Part shown: in pieces, positions 1-8,683 of the stretch
How the letters are laid out: every line of letters begins with the position of its first letter
How positions within the stretch are numbered: the first letter of the stretch is position 1
DNA from: Thermoproteus sp.
GTDB taxonomy: Archaea > Thermoproteota > Thermoprotei > Thermoproteales > Thermoproteaceae
DNA: 64,000 bases
Direction of reading: 5' to 3'
Assembly (NCBI GenBank): GCA_049976425.1
Contig: JBMFIG010000001.1
Location: 160,001 to 224,000 of the forward strand
Notes under the pieces: generated by a model
Told to the model about the DNA's origin: nothing
The model's input: only the letters and a program-made list of their open reading frames with translations
Database searches by the model: none
Translations under genes and position numbers: made by a program

Positions 1-461
1 ACCGCGACGGCCTCGTCTAGCGATATGCCGTATCTGGAAAGCGCTTTGGCGGCCACCTCGGCCTTGTTGGTGTTGGTCACGCCCACAGCTATTCCGGCGA
101 CGAGATCCCCGTCGTAGATTATGTCGTTGACGTAGAACTCGGCGAAGCAGTGCGCGAGCCTCCTAGTGTAGCCCACGCCGGCGGAGACCGCGATGGCCAC
201 GGCAGATCCGCGGCGCAAGACGTTGCACAGCTGGTCGAAGCCCTCCCGGGGCTTGAAGAGGGCCTCGACTATATATCTCGGCACGCCCCGCCACAGAGCC
301 ACATCCGCCACGGCCCAGTCGACGTAGTCTATGTAGCCCCTCTCGTATAGGGCTCTGTTCATATCGGCGTCTATGCCGAGTATGTCGTGTATCCTCTTCC
401 AAGCCGACCTGAAGTTAGTCAAGACGCCGTCAACGTCGAGGACGACCGCCCTGTACCTCAT
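1..461 (-). CDS. HAD-superfamily hydrolase (phosphoserine phosphatase-like), truncated by window edge
   Basis: Manual translation MRYRAVVLDVDGVLTNFRSAW contains HAD motif I (DxDG); ATG overlaps the ferredoxin TGA (ATGA). Not in the ORF track because it runs off the window. Confidence 0.8.
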   Translation of the reverse strand, partial: MRYRAVVLDVDGVLTNFRSAWKRIHDILGIDADMNRALYERGYIDYVDWAVADVALWRGVPRYIVEALFKPREGFDQLCNVLRRGSAVAIAVSAGVGYTRRLAHCFAEFYVNDIIYDGDLVAGIAVGVTNTNKAEVAAKALSRYGISLDEAVA

Positions 462-691
462 TCTTTATAGACCTTGATGGCGCCCGAAGGGCAGTTCTTC
501 TCGGCTTCCTTGACGGCATCGTAGAGGGAGTCGGGCACGATTCCCTCGTCGACCTTTCCGTTGAGCCTGAACTGTTCGGCGATGCCCGGCTTCCCCTCAG
601 GCAACATGGGGATGAAAACGGTCGGTGCGTAGAATAGGCAGAAGTGGGCGACGACGCACTTCTGCCGATCTATCCTCACCTTGACGACCAT
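458..691 (-). CDS. Ferredoxin, single-cluster, probably [3Fe-4S]
   Basis: 77 aa with CVVAHFC and CPSGAI; the second Cys of CxxCxxC is replaced by Ala. Confidence 0.85.
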   Translation of the reverse strand: MVVKVRIDRQKCVVAHFCLFYAPTVFIPMLPEGKPGIAEQFRLNGKVDEGIVPDSLYDAVKEAEKNCPSGAIKVYKE

Positions 692-716
692 GGCTAGGCG
701 ATATTCCCAATATATA

Positions 717-1178
717 TCATCTGCGGAGCCCCAAACTGCGCAACAAGGCCTCCTCGACGTCGTCCACCTCCTCTACATGTGCTAGGCGGCACACGCGCCC
801 GCCGCACATCTCGACGCCCTCGTAGGCCAGAAGAGCCCTCTTGAGCTCGACCCCGTAAGAATACCCTCCGAGGGAGCCGTCGGCCCTCACCACCCTATGG
901 CAGGGCAGGACGACGGGGTAGGGGTTCCGGGCCAACAAAAGCCCGGCGGCCCGAGGGCCCAGCCCTACGGCGGCGCCGAACTCCTTATAGGACGTCGCGG
1001 ATCCGCGCCTAACGCCCAGGAGGCGGATCAAGGGGTTCGACACATCCAGTTTCACGTACTTTACGAACTCCTCGAGCTCCAGATAGCTTGGGCAGTTGCC
1101 CAACAGCTCTATCCGCGATCCTCTGAGCCTAAGCGCCACCGGCCCGTATCTGGCGCATATTATTTTACTGCCGGACAT
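717..1178 (-). CDS. ogt: Methylated-DNA-protein-cysteine methyltransferase
   Basis: Active-site PCHRVV motif and GGY..G...K..LL..EG tail. Confidence 0.9.
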   Translation of the reverse strand: MSGSKIICARYGPVALRLRGSRIELLGNCPSYLELEEFVKYVKLDVSNPLIRLLGVRRGSATSYKEFGAAVGLGPRAAGLLLARNPYPVVLPCHRVVRADGSLGGYSYGVELKRALLAYEGVEMCGGRVCRLAHVEEVDDVEEALLRSLGLRR

Positions 1179-1183
1179 CTTCG

Positions 1184-1450
1184 GTGGTCCGCGTGTTGTT
1201 GGAGGGCGTGTTGACGTATCTAGCTGGCAGGAGGGAGCTCGAGGTGGAGGCCTCGACTGTGGGGGAGCTGATAGAGAGGTTGAGGGATTTCCCGAAGCTG
1301 TACGAGAGGATTAAGGGCAGGAGGGACAAGCTGTCGCCAGACATATACATAGCGGTTAACGATGTGGATATAAGGTTGTTATCGGGCCTAGACACCCCGC
1401 TGAAGGAAGGCGACGTTGTGCTTATCCTCGCGTATATACACGGCGGCTAG
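1184..1450 (+). CDS. MoaD/ThiS/SAMP ubiquitin-like protein
   Basis: 88 aa, LDTPLKEGDVV motif, C-terminal Gly-Gly. Confidence 0.9.
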   Translation: MVRVLLEGVLTYLAGRRELEVEASTVGELIERLRDFPKLYERIKGRRDKLSPDIYIAVNDVDIRLLSGLDTPLKEGDVVLILAYIHGG

Positions 1451-1968
1451 CCTCTACGTCTTACCTTCAAGGCCTCCCTCGCCGCCTCCTCTTCCCTCAG
1501 CTCGGGCGGCTCCTCGGGCAGATGTGCGAACACCTCCCGACCTGCGATCCTCTGAGGCGTCACTATCACTTCCTGTCTGTAATAAACAACGCCCTCCGGC
1601 ACCTCTATCTTGGAGAACAGCGCTTGGAGCAACAAGGTGCCGCCGAAGAACGTGATGGTGAGGAAGCCGGTCAAGACCACGCCCCAGAGCGTGGCGTTCT
1701 CTATAAATCCCTGGATCGGTCCGACGGGGAACACGAAGCTCTGGGCCAGAACCTCGCGGAGGGCCCATAGGGCGAAGAAGACGAACCAGAGGAAGAGCCC
1801 GGCGAGGCCCCACCTCACGAAGAAGTCGCCGAACCAGCGCCGGGCGGGCCGTCTAGGCCTTCCGGAAGCTATCAGCGCTAGGACGGCGGCAATCAAGACC
1901 ATCAAGAGCCAGGATAGTAGGATAGACCCCTTCACGCTCTGGATAAAGGCCGCCAGCTGGCTCAACAC
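1447..1968 (-). CDS. Hypothetical membrane protein (about 3 TM)
   Basis: Hydrophobic segments followed by a charged tail; fills the gap between neighbours. Confidence 0.65.
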   Translation of the reverse strand: MLSQLAAFIQSVKGSILLSWLLMVLIAAVLALIASGRPRRPARRWFGDFFVRWGLAGLFLWFVFFALWALREVLAQSFVFPVGPIQGFIENATLWGVVLTGFLTITFFGGTLLLQALFSKIEVPEGVVYYRQEVIVTPQRIAGREVFAHLPEEPPELREEEAAREALKVRRRG

Positions 1969-2083
1969 AACGACTACCCCTGTCCATAATATAAAGGTAT
2001 TTTACGGATATGAGCGACGCCGCCACGTATACTCGCGGTGTTTTTGTGGACGACGCCATAAAAACGCCCGGGGGTCCTATGCC

Positions 2084-2623
2084 ATGATATTGACCGGGGA
2101 GGAGATAAAGAGGCTCATATCTCTCGGCAGGTTGTCCATAGAGCCGCTTCGGAGCGACGCAATACGCGAGAACGGGCTCGACCTACGTATAGGCAAGGAA
2201 TACGCGATATATGCCTACGAGGGGGCCGCCATAAGGCCGTGCGATCTGGCCGAGGGGGAGGCGAGGCGCCACTTCAGGGTGGTCAAGGAGGCCGAGGAGA
2301 TAGCGATTCCGCCGAGGAACTTCGTCCTCCTCACCACAGAGGAGTACGTCAAGATGCCCAACGACGTGGTGGGCCTAGCCAACCTCCGCTCGACGCTGGC
2401 CCGCTACGGCTTAGTGATACCCCCAACTGTCGTCGACGCGGGTTTTGAGGGGAACATAACCATTGAGGTGGTGAACGAGTCCCCGAACACCATAGTCCTC
2501 AAGCCGGGCCTCCGCTTCCTCCACCTTATTCTGGTGAAGGCCGAGGGCGCCGCCAAGTACCTCGGCACGTATCTGGGGCAGAGGGGGGTGACGCCGCCTA
2601 AAGGCCTTAAGGCGGAGTGCTAG
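2084..2623 (+). CDS. dcd: dCTP deaminase
   Basis: From MILTGEEIK; motifs RSTLARYG and VDAGFEGNITIE. The ORF-track extension to 1610 overlaps the opposite-strand gene and is spurious. Confidence 0.92.
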   Translation: MILTGEEIKRLISLGRLSIEPLRSDAIRENGLDLRIGKEYAIYAYEGAAIRPCDLAEGEARRHFRVVKEAEEIAIPPRNFVLLTTEEYVKMPNDVVGLANLRSTLARYGLVIPPTVVDAGFEGNITIEVVNESPNTIVLKPGLRFLHLILVKAEGAAKYLGTYLGQRGVTPPKGLKAEC

Positions 2624-3600
2624 AGCACCCGCGCCTCCCCCTCCTCTACCAGCACGTCGTCCTCTATCCTTATCCCGAAGTGGCCCGGCACGTAGACGCC
2701 CGGCTCGACTGTGAAGACGTTGCCGCTCCTTAAGGCATACCCCTCGCCAGGTGCTATGTTCGGGGCCTCGTGGAACTCGAGGCCGAGGCCGTGCCCCGTC
2801 CTGTGGATGAAATAGCGCTCCAGCCCCCTACGCCTCAAGACCGACCTCGCCGCCTCGTCGACGTCGCCTGCCCGGACGCCTGGCCGAGCCGCCGCTATCG
2901 CGGCCGCCTGCGCCTCCGAGACGGCCGTATAGAGCTCCCTAAAGCCGGCGGGCTCGCCTCTGAACGCGAAAGTCCGCGTTATATCGCCGTAGTACCCCTC
3001 GTAGGCCGCCGTCACGTCGATTATCACCACGTCGCCTTCCCTCAGCCTCCTCTCGGTAGGGCCTTGGTGGGGAAGCGCCGTGTTTTCGCCGAATTGGACC
3101 AGGATGGGGCCCGGCTTCAGCCCCCGCTCCACGAGCCTTAGATATATATCGGCGGCCGCCTTCCGCTCAGAGATGCCGGGCGAAAGCTCGGCGTAGGCCT
3201 CCGCTATGACCTCCTTTATCTCCTTGACGGCTCTCGATATCCTCTCGACCTCGTCGGGGCGCTTGACGGCTCTGAGGCCGTTTATATAGTCGTCGGCAAT
3301 CCTATACGTCGCGGCCCCGCCGAGAGCCCGCCTTATGATCTCCCAAGCCCTCAACGTGGTGCCTCCGTCGACCTCGACGTCGCCGCCTCCGCACTCCTTC
3401 ACGGCCCTCCTCAAGGCCTCCGCCGGATCTTCACCATCGGAGTACGTGTAGGCCGGGCCGGGCACTCTCCCCTCCTCGAGCTTAGGCACCACGAACACCT
3501 TCTTGTATCCGCAGACCAGCAGTGCGGCGAACCTCTCGTACGCCTCGAGCTCGACGTCCGAGAAGTACTTGATGTTTACAGGCGTCGTCAAGATCAACAT
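2620..3600 (-). CDS. Xaa-Pro aminopeptidase/prolidase (M24B)
   Basis: Motifs YYGDITRT, HRTGHGLGLEFHE, TVEPGVY, GIRIEDD. Confidence 0.92.
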   Translation of the reverse strand: MLILTTPVNIKYFSDVELEAYERFAALLVCGYKKVFVVPKLEEGRVPGPAYTYSDGEDPAEALRRAVKECGGGDVEVDGGTTLRAWEIIRRALGGAATYRIADDYINGLRAVKRPDEVERISRAVKEIKEVIAEAYAELSPGISERKAAADIYLRLVERGLKPGPILVQFGENTALPHQGPTERRLREGDVVIIDVTAAYEGYYGDITRTFAFRGEPAGFRELYTAVSEAQAAAIAAARPGVRAGDVDEAARSVLRRRGLERYFIHRTGHGLGLEFHEAPNIAPGEGYALRSGNVFTVEPGVYVPGHFGIRIEDDVLVEEGEARVL

Positions 3601-3609
3601 ATAGGGATA

Positions 3610-3987
3610 TCAGCTTAGGTATATATCGACTTCTTGCAAGACGCCGCGCTCGAGGCGCCAGGCCTTGAGCTCCATGGTGCCGGCGCGGCCTATGATCCAC
3701 ACCACGGGCCACATCTTCATATACTTTAGGTCGAGGGGGCTGGGCACCGGCGCGCCTGGATGCGTGTGGAATATGGCCACAAGCTCCAAGCCGAGCCGCT
3801 CGGCGTCGGCGATAGCCCCGTACACGCGCTCGGGATCCAGCTTGAACTCCACAGGGCTTTTGGCCACGTTCTCCACCCAAGTCCACCGGCTCGCCGAATC
3901 GCCGGTCCCGAACAGTAGGGCGGCGCACTCCTCCCGTGGGCTACACCTCTCCCTGGCCTCTTCCACGAACCTCCTAGGCACGCGCAT
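3610..3987 (-). CDS. JAMM/MPN+ metalloprotease (desampylase-like)
   Basis: E...HTHP....PSPLD JAMM signature. Confidence 0.88.
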   Translation of the reverse strand: MRVPRRFVEEARERCSPREECAALLFGTGDSASRWTWVENVAKSPVEFKLDPERVYGAIADAERLGLELVAIFHTHPGAPVPSPLDLKYMKMWPVVWIIGRAGTMELKAWRLERGVLQEVDIYLS

Positions 3988-4243
3988 AGAGCCTCTTCCT
4001 CGCCTCCACTATGACGTCGACTATCCTTATCGAGGCGGGGCACACCAGCTCGCACGCCCTACATCTAAGACAGGTGGCCAAGCTCTCCACCACATACCTC
4101 GACGAGATCCCGCCGTCCAGAACGGCTCGCGCCATCTGGAGCCTCCCGCGGGGCCCCATATGCCTCATCCTCACGGCGTTGTAGGTGGGGCATACCGCCT
4201 CGCAGAAGCCGCACCGCGCGCACCGGTCGATCTCCGATATCAC
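3974..4243 (-). CDS. Small 2x[4Fe-4S] subunit (GlcF/HdrC-like)
   Basis: CARCGFCEAVCP and CLRCRACELVCP; GTG start overlaps the upstream TGA. Confidence 0.85.
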   Translation of the reverse strand: MISEIDRCARCGFCEAVCPTYNAVRMRHMGPRGRLQMARAVLDGGISSRYVVESLATCLRCRACELVCPASIRIVDVIVEARKRLYARA

Positions 4244-5157
4244 GATATCACCTCGGCGAGGTCCAGTATCTTGAGCCCCGACGCCGCCCGTGAGAGGTTG
4301 ACGTAGCAGATGGGGCATACCGTGATCACGGTGTCGGAGAGCTTGGAGAGCTGTCTGATCCTTATCTTGGCGACCTCGCCAGCTACGTCGGGCCTGACCG
4401 ACTCTATAGGCCCTCCGCAACATCCCGAATAGGCCTTGCCGGTCACGTACGGATCCTCCACGTGGACGACGCCTACGGAGTCCAGCAAGCGCCTGTACAC
4501 GTCGTATCTATCCAGATACCGAGCGTATAGGCAGGAGTCGTGTACGACAGCCTTGACAACGGAGGCCTTGGACGGCTTCACGAGGTCCATATAGCTCACC
4601 ACCTTGAGGTCGAACCCATCTACGTATTTGGGGTATACCCTCTCCAGTACGTAATGGGTGTGGGGATCTACGGTGATGACCTCCTCCACGCCTCTCTCCT
4701 TGAAGTACCTATACACCTCCCTGGCGTAGGACGCGAAATCCTCCTCGAATCCTAGCTCGTAGAGCAGGGCGCCTGAATACGGCTCGTCTCTCAAAACGCC
4801 GAACTGTACGCCGGCTTTGCTCAACATAGTTGCGATGTTCCTCAATATGCCGTCGGCCCGCCTAGCATCCTCGTCCGAGGGCTTGAGAAGAAATCCGCCG
4901 AACGCTCTGGCCCCAACGGCCGCCAGCTTAGCCCTCACGCCTCCGGAGCTGGCGCCGACCTTCTGCAACATGTCGACGGCCTTGGCTATAAGCGGCGCGA
5001 GCTGGTACATGCAGGAGCTGTACAGCACGCGGCGGCCTCCCTCGGGCAGGCCGGAGGTCCACCGGCTACAGATAGATCTATCCGCCGGCAAGGGGAATCT
5101 GTTGCGTTTTAGGTTATCCACTACGAGATCTCGCAGGGCGCGTATCCAATCCTCCAT
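4240..5157 (-). CDS. CCG-domain Fe-S oxidoreductase subunit (GlcF/HdrD-like)
   Basis: HDSC, CCGG and CPIC motifs; start MEDWIRAL. Confidence 0.85.
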   Translation of the reverse strand: MEDWIRALRDLVVDNLKRNRFPLPADRSICSRWTSGLPEGGRRVLYSSCMYQLAPLIAKAVDMLQKVGASSGGVRAKLAAVGARAFGGFLLKPSDEDARRADGILRNIATMLSKAGVQFGVLRDEPYSGALLYELGFEEDFASYAREVYRYFKERGVEEVITVDPHTHYVLERVYPKYVDGFDLKVVSYMDLVKPSKASVVKAVVHDSCLYARYLDRYDVYRRLLDSVGVVHVEDPYVTGKAYSGCCGGPIESVRPDVAGEVAKIRIRQLSKLSDTVITVCPICYVNLSRAASGLKILDLAEVIS

Positions 5158-5525
5158 TATTCTAGGGGCGTGAACAAGGTCTTGACGGCCTTTTCGGAAA
5201 GGCCCATCAAGAACTCGCCCACCCTCTTCCCATCGCCGTAGACGACGAACACCGAGAGGCACCTGTCGCCTATATGCATATGCGAGTAGTTGGCTATGAG
5301 GTCCTTATACTCCTCCATGATCTCGCTGACGATCTCCATGCCCTCTGCCAGCGAGAGGATTGCGCCGAGGCATCTATGGCCGCCTCTCAGATGTTGCGAG
5401 TAGGTCTGGACGAAGTTGGACACGGCTTGTGCGACCACGGCGCTGCGGGTCACGCCGAGCTCTTGAGAGATTCTGTCGACCTCTTGCGCTAGGTCGTCCG
5501 GCAAAGAGACGCCGAACCGCTTCAT
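5157..5525 (-). CDS. NikR-like ribbon-helix-helix regulator
   Basis: MKRFGVSLP RHH N-terminus; HMH..C metal-binding C-terminal domain. Confidence 0.8.
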   Translation of the reverse strand: MKRFGVSLPDDLAQEVDRISQELGVTRSAVVAQAVSNFVQTYSQHLRGGHRCLGAILSLAEGMEIVSEIMEEYKDLIANYSHMHIGDRCLSVFVVYGDGKRVGEFLMGLSEKAVKTLFTPLE

Positions 5526-5567
5526 GCGAATAGGTGACTAGATATATATTTAGTTTGTGGTCGGCCC

Positions 5568-6023
5568 ATGGACTGTATAGGTGTCGTCGACACGACGTTT
5601 GCGAGGGTCGACATGGCGTCGGAGGCCATAGACGAGATCAAGAACCTCGCCCCAGACGTCGAGGTGAGGAGGGTCACGGTGCCCGGAATCAAGAACACCA
5701 TATGGGGCGCCAAGAAGCTCGCGCGGGAGGGCTGTACGGCTCTGCTCGTTTTGGGCTGGGTAGGGCCCTCCCTCACCGACAAGCTCAGCTACCTGGCCAT
5801 GTCGATTGGGCTTATCGAGCTCCAGATACATATGGACGTCCTCATACTCGACGTGACCGTGCACGAGGACGAGGCCTCCGACGAGCGGGAGCTCAAGACG
5901 ATCGCCGTAGATAGGGCGCGGAAGCATGCAAGGAACCTCGTGGCGTTGATGAGGGGGGATCTATCCAAGTTCGCGGGGATGGGCCTAAGACAGGGGCGGC
6001 CGGACGTAGGTCCTATAATTTAG
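5568..6023 (+). CDS. ribC: Archaeal riboflavin synthase
   Basis: GVVDTTFARVDM, TVPGIK, VHEDE and GLRQG motifs. Confidence 0.9.
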   Translation: MDCIGVVDTTFARVDMASEAIDEIKNLAPDVEVRRVTVPGIKNTIWGAKKLAREGCTALLVLGWVGPSLTDKLSYLAMSIGLIELQIHMDVLILDVTVHEDEASDERELKTIAVDRARKHARNLVALMRGDLSKFAGMGLRQGRPDVGPII

Positions 6024-6243
6024 AAAAAGGAAGCTAAAATTATTATTATTATGGCATCATTTATGTTCAAATAGACAAGGCGAATTCCTCATTAGAAAAT
6101 AAATAAAAACCTTTTGGATTTATATAATATCTATATTTTACTGATATCCATAGAAAGCCATATATAGACATAAGATGACAGTGCCAACGGGCGGTTGCTA
6201 GAACCCCGGCGTACCCCCCAAGTATGCCGCCGCCCGTATTTCT

Positions 6244-6963
6244 CTATCTGAACAACAAGCCCAAGGTAGCCGCCATGATTCCCGTGAGGTATATGCCGTC
6301 CCACACGCCGGCCCCTCCAATTGAGGCGAGCGGAGGCATTTGGGCGAGGATCTTCCTAATGTTGTAGACGTCGGCTCCCAGCAGAGTGCCGTAGACGCCT
6401 ATTATGTAGGCCACCGCGGGCGTCAGTCGGCCAGCCCACAGAGAAAACAGAAATGCTATAATCGGCGGCAGGAAACCCGGAGTGACCACCCCCACGCCGG
6501 GCACGACCCTGCTCACGAAATAGACGGCGACAGATGTAGCTAGGGTAGCTAGGGCCGTTCCCAGCATGTACAGCGCAGGCAATTTGGCGAATATATAGGT
6601 CGATAGAATTAGCGGTATTAGGGCGCCGCCTATATTCACGGCGAGTCTGGCTATCTGTTCCTGCACGGCTATTTGGGGCACAGGTATAGGTATGCCGAAG
6701 ACGTACATAACACCGAATGCGGGATAGTAGACCCTCCTCCTAGCTGTATATATCACTACGTGGAAGGGGCTCAGCAGAAGGCTGAGGAACGTGGAGGCCG
6801 CGGCCACCGCCACCGACTCTGCGAGGCCGACCCCTATAGTACGTAGCACTGTCGCCAGCCCGGCTAGATACGAAGGCATCAATAACAACGCGAGGACGGC
6901 GTATATAGCGCCGACTATGCCAGTAAAGGGCGGCGAGAAGACGACGCGTCCGCCGCCCCTTAT
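6244..6963 (-). CDS. DUF1614-like membrane protein
   Basis: AVNIGGALIP, GTLLGAD and SIGGAGVWDGI motifs; start uncertain (ATA at 6963 proposed, see findings). Confidence 0.75.
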   Translation of the reverse strand: MRGGGRVVFSPPFTGIVGAIYAVLALLLMPSYLAGLATVLRTIGVGLAESVAVAAASTFLSLLLSPFHVVIYTARRRVYYPAFGVMYVFGIPIPVPQIAVQEQIARLAVNIGGALIPLILSTYIFAKLPALYMLGTALATLATSVAVYFVSRVVPGVGVVTPGFLPPIIAFLFSLWAGRLTPAVAYIIGVYGTLLGADVYNIRKILAQMPPLASIGGAGVWDGIYLTGIMAATLGLLFR

Positions 6964-7862
6964 GTTCTTTGCCGAATGTACTTCGAATAGGCCGCCTCCG
7001 CGATATCCGCGGCTAGCGCCGTTATTAACATGGCCTCGTGCATTATCGGCGCGACGCCCTCGCACGTTGAGAGCGCCAGGAGTCTTTTAAAAACTGACTC
7101 CCTCTCCAGTATAGTCTTCAGAGCCCCTTCATGCCGGTTTTCCAAGAACGACTTGGCGGCCTCCTCGGCGTATTTCTGCAGAGTCTCGAACTCGTTGACG
7201 AGCTCCTTGTGGCAACCGACCTTGTTATGCCTCAGATAGTTGGTGGCCCGATCAAGGGCGTCGCCCATGTGCTCCAAGTTCTTGACGACTATGACGTAGT
7301 CGACAAAGCCCTGCGGGTTCTGGTATATGTTCTTCTTTATGATCCTCAGAGACAGGAAATAGAGGCGGTCCAGCTGGTCGTCCATGCGTAGTAGCTCCTT
7401 CGCGTCTTCCTCGTTATGTCCCTTGATGAAGTCGAGGAATAGATGGAACATGGCCATGACGGTCGTGTACATGCTCCTGACCACCTCGTCTACATTTACA
7501 TCCTCCTTGGTCACTATCCTCAGCTTAAGCTTGCCCTCGGACTCCAACGCCACGACGCCGGGCAGTCTGCCCTCGACCCTACCCACTAGGGCTGATATGT
7601 TGCCGGACTCGATATCGATCTCGTCTACGCCTTCGATATAATATGCAATGACGTCCCTCAACGCCTTTTCCGGATCCTCTTCCTTTAGCGTGGCTGTGAC
7701 GGCTACGCCCTCGGCTGTCGCGGGAAGTATCAGGATCTTATTGGCCTCCGTAAGTATTTTGATGGGAGAACCCACCCTCAATTGATTAGACTCGACCCAT
7801 TCCCTCGGAAGAGTTATCCCATACGACCTCTCACCTATCCTTATCAACTTTCTAATCTCCAT
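6960..7862 (-). CDS. phoU: Phosphate uptake regulator PhoU with N-terminal AbrB-like domain
   Basis: RKLIRIGERSYGITLPREW AbrB domain; DDQLDRLYF and LEHMGD PhoU motifs. Confidence 0.85.
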   Translation of the reverse strand: MEIRKLIRIGERSYGITLPREWVESNQLRVGSPIKILTEANKILILPATAEGVAVTATLKEEDPEKALRDVIAYYIEGVDEIDIESGNISALVGRVEGRLPGVVALESEGKLKLRIVTKEDVNVDEVVRSMYTTVMAMFHLFLDFIKGHNEEDAKELLRMDDQLDRLYFLSLRIIKKNIYQNPQGFVDYVIVVKNLEHMGDALDRATNYLRHNKVGCHKELVNEFETLQKYAEEAAKSFLENRHEGALKTILERESVFKRLLALSTCEGVAPIMHEAMLITALAADIAEAAYSKYIRQRT

Positions 7863-7989
7863 AAGTATCAGATATTTTCAGTTTAATAAACATTACCTAG
7901 GTTTAAACCGTACACTCCATGTAGATACGCCGCGGATTATCCAGATATGACGATTCGCAATGCTCTTCCATTTAATGGAGAGCCCGCAC

Positions 7990-8664
7990 ATGGCAATGTT
8001 CCACATCCAGAGGAGCATACCCTTCCCGCCTATCCGGCTCGACAGACTCGTTAAGTACCTACAAGCAGTGGTCCAGCGCGGCTCCATCTCTCTTGAAGAG
8101 TTAAAGAAGGAGGGGTTGGACTTCGGCAAGGGGAGAGGCGACATAACGCGGTTTCTCGAGAGGTTGGGGCTGGTCACCGTCTCCGGCAAGAACGTCGCGC
8201 CGACAAAGTTAGCCTACGAAGTGCTCTCGATATACCGCTCCATAGGCCCCGCGGTCTTCCACCCGCTCTTCAACTCTGCGCTTCCGCAGTACAGGCTCTT
8301 CGCCGAGCTGATCGAGAGCATGCGCACAGCGACGCCTGAGGAGCTCCACGGCGCCTTGAATAAGAGGCTGTCAGAGATCACCCCGTCGGGCTGGATCAAC
8401 AACGTGGCCTTTAAGTCGCTCCTAGCCATCGCAGTAGATATAGGCGTCGTCAAGAAGGAGGGCAGATACGTAGTTTATATGGGAGACCCAGTCGCGCGGG
8501 CCTTCGCCAGCAACGGCCCGGTCATAGGAGGCGCCGCCTATGTGGAAGACGTGCCCGAGTGGCTGAGGGAGTGCTCCAAACAGCAGAGGCCTCTAGGCAT
8601 AGCACAACTAGATCCTGAATGCGCCTCGCGTGTTCTGGAGAGGCACATCTCTAGTTTGAAATAA
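7990..8664 (+). CDS. Hypothetical protein, probable tandem winged-helix DNA-binding protein
   Basis: Two helix-wing-like segments (ITRFLERLGLVTVSGKNVAPT; LLAIAVDIGVVKKEGRYVVY). Confidence 0.6.
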   Translation: MAMFHIQRSIPFPPIRLDRLVKYLQAVVQRGSISLEELKKEGLDFGKGRGDITRFLERLGLVTVSGKNVAPTKLAYEVLSIYRSIGPAVFHPLFNSALPQYRLFAELIESMRTATPEELHGALNKRLSEITPSGWINNVAFKSLLAIAVDIGVVKKEGRYVVYMGDPVARAFASNGPVIGGAAYVEDVPEWLRECSKQQRPLGIAQLDPECASRVLERHISSLK

Positions 8665-8683
8665 ATAGGACGAGTCTATCTTT

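Noticed and set aside
1610-2083. Long N-terminal extension of dCTP deaminase in the ORF track
   Set aside because: Antisense shadow of the membrane gene; family motifs begin at 2084.
4235-4251. Tandem GATATCAC repeat at a gene junction
   Set aside because: Explained by the GTGA overlap of two genes that both use Val/Met-Ile-Ser codons.
7990-8664. WhiP replication initiator
   Set aside because: Similar size and wH content, but I recognise no WhiP-specific sequence and see no repeated origin boxes nearby.
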